A stretch of DNA of 64,000 nt from Myxococcota bacterium. Lineage in GTDB: Bacteria; Myxococcota; XYA12-FULL-58-9; JALHOP01. Where the stretch lies: contig JALHOP010000011.1 of NCBI GenBank assembly GCA_022842935.1, forward strand, positions 90,206 through 154,205. Reading direction: 5' to 3'. Under the pieces are notes generated by a model. The model was not told the DNA's origin and did not search any database. It saw nothing but the letters and a program-made list of their open reading frames with translations. This document shows positions 60,774 through 64,000 of this stretch, one piece after another. The stretch's first letter is position 1; each line of letters opens with the position of its first letter. The position numbers were made by a program, and so were the translations under genes.

Positions 60774-61838
60774 TCAGCCTCTGGTGGCGTCGGTCGCAAG
60801 GAGGAGCTTGCCCTTCGACTTGCGCCCTTCGATGAAGCGATGCGCCTCTGCCGCCTCGGTGAGCGGAAAGATCTCGTGGACGAACGGCTTGACGACGCCC
60901 TTGGTGTAAAGCTCGAGGATGCTCTCGCCGACCCCGCGCAGATACGCGAGCTGATCCCACAACAAGAGGATCTGCATGCCCGAGACCGCCTTGTTCTCGA
61001 CGATGAGCGGGAAGGGGTGGAAGACGCCGCCCTTGACGAAGTCTGTGATGATGCGGGTCCACTCGCGCAACGCTGAAACGGACAGACCTGTTTCGGGAGG
61101 AATGATGCCGGCACCACCAATCACCAGCGCGTGGCCCGGCGATGACAAGCAGCGATAGCCTTTGCGGAAGCCCTCGCCTCCCAGTGAGTCGAGCACGAAG
61201 CGCACGCCCTTCTTGTTGGTTGCGCGCGCGATCTCTTCTTCGAAGTCGACCTTGGTGTAGTTGATGCCGTGGTCGAGCCCGTGCTCCGCGGCGAATGCGA
61301 GCTTCTCGGCGGAGCTCGCGGTGCCGTAGGTGACGAGGCCGCTGTGCTTGGCGAGTTGCAGAGCCGCAAGCCCAACCCCACCAGCGACCGCCTGAATGAG
61401 GATGCTCTCGCCCTTGCGGACGCGCATCACCTCGTACAGAGCATGGTACGCGGTCGCGTACACGGCAGGAACCGCCGCGCCTTCTTCGAGCGACATACCG
61501 GCGGGCAAGAGAAAAGCGCGGTCCTCGTCGGCCGTGAGAATCTCGGCGTAGCCGCCAAAGCGGCTAAATACCATGACGGTGTCGCCGGCCTTGAAGCGCG
61601 ACTGCTCGCCCACCTCGGTGACCACGCCGGAGACCTCGAACCCTGGCGAAAACGGAGGGTCACCCGCCCACTTGTAGTAGCCACGTCGCGCGAGCGTATC
61701 GGCGTAGTTGATGCCGATGAAGTGCACCTCGACGCGGATCTGTTTGGCGCCGAGCGGCGGCGTCTCGACCGTTTCGACCTCGAGGACCTCCGCGGGGCCG
61801 AACTTGGGGACGATGACGCGCCGATACGACGTGCTCAT
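60774..61838 (-). CDS. MDR-family zinc-type/quinone oxidoreductase (VAT-1-like)
   Basis: 354 aa. It reads GPAEVLEVETVETPPLGAKQIRVEVHFIGINYADTLARRGYY...PGFEVSGVV, then the NAD(P) motif QAVAGGVGLAALQLAK. Confidence 0.8.
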   Translation of the reverse strand: MSTSYRRVIVPKFGPAEVLEVETVETPPLGAKQIRVEVHFIGINYADTLARRGYYKWAGDPPFSPGFEVSGVVTEVGEQSRFKAGDTVMVFSRFGGYAEILTADEDRAFLLPAGMSLEEGAAVPAVYATAYHALYEVMRVRKGESILIQAVAGGVGLAALQLAKHSGLVTYGTASSAEKLAFAAEHGLDHGINYTKVDFEEEIARATNKKGVRFVLDSLGGEGFRKGYRCLSSPGHALVIGGAGIIPPETGLSVSALREWTRIITDFVKGGVFHPFPLIVENKAVSGMQILLLWDQLAYLRGVGESILELYTKGVVKPFVHEIFPLTEAAEAHRFIEGRKSKGKLLLATDATRG

Positions 61839-61848
61839 AACGTCGGAA

Positions 61849-63900
61849 TCACAGAGTCTTCGGCATACCGGTGACGTCTTCGATGATGGTCAAGGGCTTT
61901 GCCTGATACTTCTTGTTGGGGCCGAGGTGCTTGACGATGTGCTCGTAGAACCTCTTGCGGTCAGTGCGCTCGTAGTCGGTCTTCTCAAGCTCGCGCAGCG
62001 CCGCGGCGAACTGCTTGGTGCCGGTCGCGTCGATGAGCGCACCGATTTCACGCATCGTCATGTCGCCAATGTTTCCGGTGAACGACACAAAGTGGTCCGC
62101 CTCGACGGTCACATCGGGCGGCTGGTCGGGGCCTTTGAAGCGCAGCGTGATGGTGCCATCTCCGTCTTCGAGCTTACGCACGAGCGTATCGTCACCGACG
62201 TCTTCGAAGCCCTTCTTGGCCATCCAGTACTTGGGGTTGCTCAGACGCTTGGTGCGATATTCGCCGAGCATCGTGTCGATGTCGCTTTGGCGGATCGCGC
62301 GGTTCTCGAGCTTGTAGTCGCCGGGGAAACGCTTCTCGAGCAGCAACACGTCTTCGTACGAGAGGTCGGGGTTCTGCTCCATCACGTACGGGATGGTGCG
62401 CGCGTGGCTGCCCTCCTTGAACGCCGCGTCGAGGTCGTCTTGCTTCGGGTGCACCGGGCCGACGCCAGCCTTCATTTGCTCCTTGGTGAGCGTCTTCATG
62501 AACTTGTCGACGCGCTTGTCGATGGCGTTGAACGCGTACGCGACTTCCATGATGAGCAGGAACTCGGGCAGACGGTACACCGCCGCGTCGGTCGCTTCCT
62601 GATTGTTGTAGCTGATGCTGTCGAGCAGCATGCTCACGATGTGAGCCCAGCGGTTTTCGAGCTGGTAGCCGACGATGTTCGCCGCGCGCATGAGCACGTA
62701 GTGATAAACCTCGTCGAGGAAGATGCCTTGCAGCGCCTTGTCGGCGTTCGAGCCGGGGACGGCGTTGCCCTTGAGCGTGAGGTAACCGGTGGCCGCGCCG
62801 AGCTCCGCGAACGCACGCGCGAGCATCATCGACTTGGCACCCTTGTCGGTCATCGGACGCATCACCGAGTTGATGCCTTGCTGCTGGAGCTGCGGCTCGT
62901 GCGGCAAACGGATGGCGTTGTAACACGACTCCATAATGTCGCCGTGGCGCGCCTCTTCTTGGATCCAGATGGAGCCCATCTGGACGTTACCGGGCGTGCC
63001 TTTGAGCGCGACCTTGAGCACGCGCTCACCGAGCGTCGAGCCCATGAAGTGAGCGACGCGGTGGAAGCGATCGTGCAGCGCGCGCGCCGCGGCCCAGCCG
63101 TAACGCTCTGCCGGTTCTTCGCGATCCATCGCTTGCTTGAACAGGTAGGTGAGCGCCTCGCGCGAGAGCGTCGAGTCCTTGAAGTCACCGGGCTTCGCTT
63201 GGAAGGTGAGGTGACCGTCGTGCCACTGATTGACGAGCGGCGCGTTGTTGTCGCGCAGAATGCCTTCTTGGGTCGCGAGCGCGTCGAAGCGGGTGAGCGA
63301 CCAGGCGAGCTCGCTGTCCGGGATAGCGTTGACGATCTCGTTGACGCGCGCTTTGTATTGCTTGAACTTGCGGCGGACCTCGCCAAACGACATGGCCTCG
63401 CGCATCCAGCGCTGCCAAACCGGGCCGGCTTCTTTGGTGGTGTCGTAGGCTGCTGGGCGGATGACACCACTCTCGTCAACGATGGTGTGGCGCGGGTCGG
63501 CGGGGCCAAATGACGGGCGCGCCACAGAGGCAAAGGCAGCATCCAGATCCCGCAGCGCGTTTCCGAGGTTGCGGCTCGCCTCGATGGCTTGCGAGCGCTC
63601 TTGGTTGTCCACCCCTTTTACCGAGCTCGCAGCTTTTGAATACTTGGGGCCGCCGCTCATCACGTTCGCGGCGATCCCGTCGACGACGGCTGCAGTCGCC
63701 GACTGGAAGCTCACAGCGAGCGCCCGGGCTCTGTCGCGGTGGCCGGCTGCCTCAAGGCGTGCGATCTCATCGCGAAGCTCTCGAATGGCTTCGCCGGATG
63801 CATCTGGTGTTCCTTTCAGCGCCAAGCGCCCAGCCTCGTCTGCGGCGCGCGCGACGAGCTCGGGTGTCCGGTTGGTTTGGACGTGGGCGACGCTGCTCAT
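61849..63900 (-). CDS. Large ferritin-like diiron-carboxylate protein (acyl-ACP-desaturase/AurF-type EExxH + DExxH motifs) with long N- and C-terminal extensions
   Basis: 683 aa. WIQEEARHGDIM is close to the desaturase EENRHGD motif. About 90 aa downstream it has FLDEVYHYVLM. The composition is notably Lys-rich for this genome. No closer family recognised. Confidence 0.55.
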   Translation of the reverse strand: MSSVAHVQTNRTPELVARAADEAGRLALKGTPDASGEAIRELRDEIARLEAAGHRDRARALAVSFQSATAAVVDGIAANVMSGGPKYSKAASSVKGVDNQERSQAIEASRNLGNALRDLDAAFASVARPSFGPADPRHTIVDESGVIRPAAYDTTKEAGPVWQRWMREAMSFGEVRRKFKQYKARVNEIVNAIPDSELAWSLTRFDALATQEGILRDNNAPLVNQWHDGHLTFQAKPGDFKDSTLSREALTYLFKQAMDREEPAERYGWAAARALHDRFHRVAHFMGSTLGERVLKVALKGTPGNVQMGSIWIQEEARHGDIMESCYNAIRLPHEPQLQQQGINSVMRPMTDKGAKSMMLARAFAELGAATGYLTLKGNAVPGSNADKALQGIFLDEVYHYVLMRAANIVGYQLENRWAHIVSMLLDSISYNNQEATDAAVYRLPEFLLIMEVAYAFNAIDKRVDKFMKTLTKEQMKAGVGPVHPKQDDLDAAFKEGSHARTIPYVMEQNPDLSYEDVLLLEKRFPGDYKLENRAIRQSDIDTMLGEYRTKRLSNPKYWMAKKGFEDVGDDTLVRKLEDGDGTITLRFKGPDQPPDVTVEADHFVSFTGNIGDMTMREIGALIDATGTKQFAAALRELEKTDYERTDRKRFYEHIVKHLGPNKKYQAKPLTIIEDVTGMPKTL

Positions 63901-64000
63901 GCTTGGCTCCGAACGATCGTTTCGTTGATGACGACAGGCTCACCGGCGAGCGGGACTGCGACGCAGGGCAAGACCTTGCCTGTGGGAACGCCGGGGTCGC
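63897..64000 (-). CDS. C-terminal end of a plant-type [2Fe-2S] ferredoxin-like protein (truncated by the window edge)
   Basis: Hand translation gives ...DPGVPTGKVLPCVAVPLAGEPVVINETIVRSQA*. This resembles the ferredoxin C-terminus (vLtCvA.P.sD..I.T). The stop TGA overlaps the ATG of the diiron gene (ATGA). Only 34 codons are visible. Confidence 0.35.
   Translation of the reverse strand, partial: DPGVPTGKVLPCVAVPLAGEPVVINETIVRSQA

Noticed and set aside
61708-63513. 601-aa plus-strand ORF
   Set aside because: It is antisense to the diiron-protein gene. Its composition is the mirror-frame type, rich in Val, Asp, Glu, Arg and Leu, with no motifs. The minus-strand gene has the EExxH/DExxH pair and operon coupling.

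Overview
This is a visibly GC-rich bacterial chromosome segment; third codon positions are almost all G/C. It covers the partition and replication-origin neighbourhood. On the minus strand I read parB (5' end only), parA, rsmG, then mnmG-mnmE, lgt-lspA, and jag-yidC-yidD-rnpA-rpmH. Gene orientation flips at about 18.1-19.0 kb. From there the plus strand carries dnaA, dnaN-recF and gyrB. The rest of the window holds housekeeping genes (fabH, tyrS, mfd, opgG), envelope and signalling genes, and several very Cys-rich lipoproteins. The Cys-rich DxDxDG/DNDC-type motifs, a bactofilin and the abundance of signalling genes suggest a Myxococcota-like organism; that is inference only.

Main observations:
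- Three near-consensus parS sites sit around a ~1-kb apparently non-coding spacer, and one of them overlaps the rsmG start codon.
- A 13 x 7-bp tandem array fills an unusually long parA-parB spacer.
- There are two candidate oriC pieces: a DnaA-box cluster upstream of dnaA, and an AT-rich, GATC-dense element upstream of dnaN. dnaA and dnaN are separated by a response regulator and a transporter.
- A 435-aa intein (Ser1/Thr+1, decayed LAGLIDADG motifs) is inserted in the GyrB Toprim motif.
- A translationally coupled three-gene envelope module is wedged between recF and gyrB: a CxxCH lipoprotein, a YceI-like protein and a CxxCH beta-barrel.
- A five-gene operon encodes FIST, an unknown protein, an HPt-kinase, a CheY-like regulator and a CheX-like protein.
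- A ferredoxin, a 683-aa diiron (EExxH/DExxH) protein and an MDR oxidoreductase form an operon at the right edge.

All functional calls come from motif recognition by eye, with no database search. Start codons in this GC-rich DNA are often uncertain. No rRNA, tRNA or CRISPR array was recognised.
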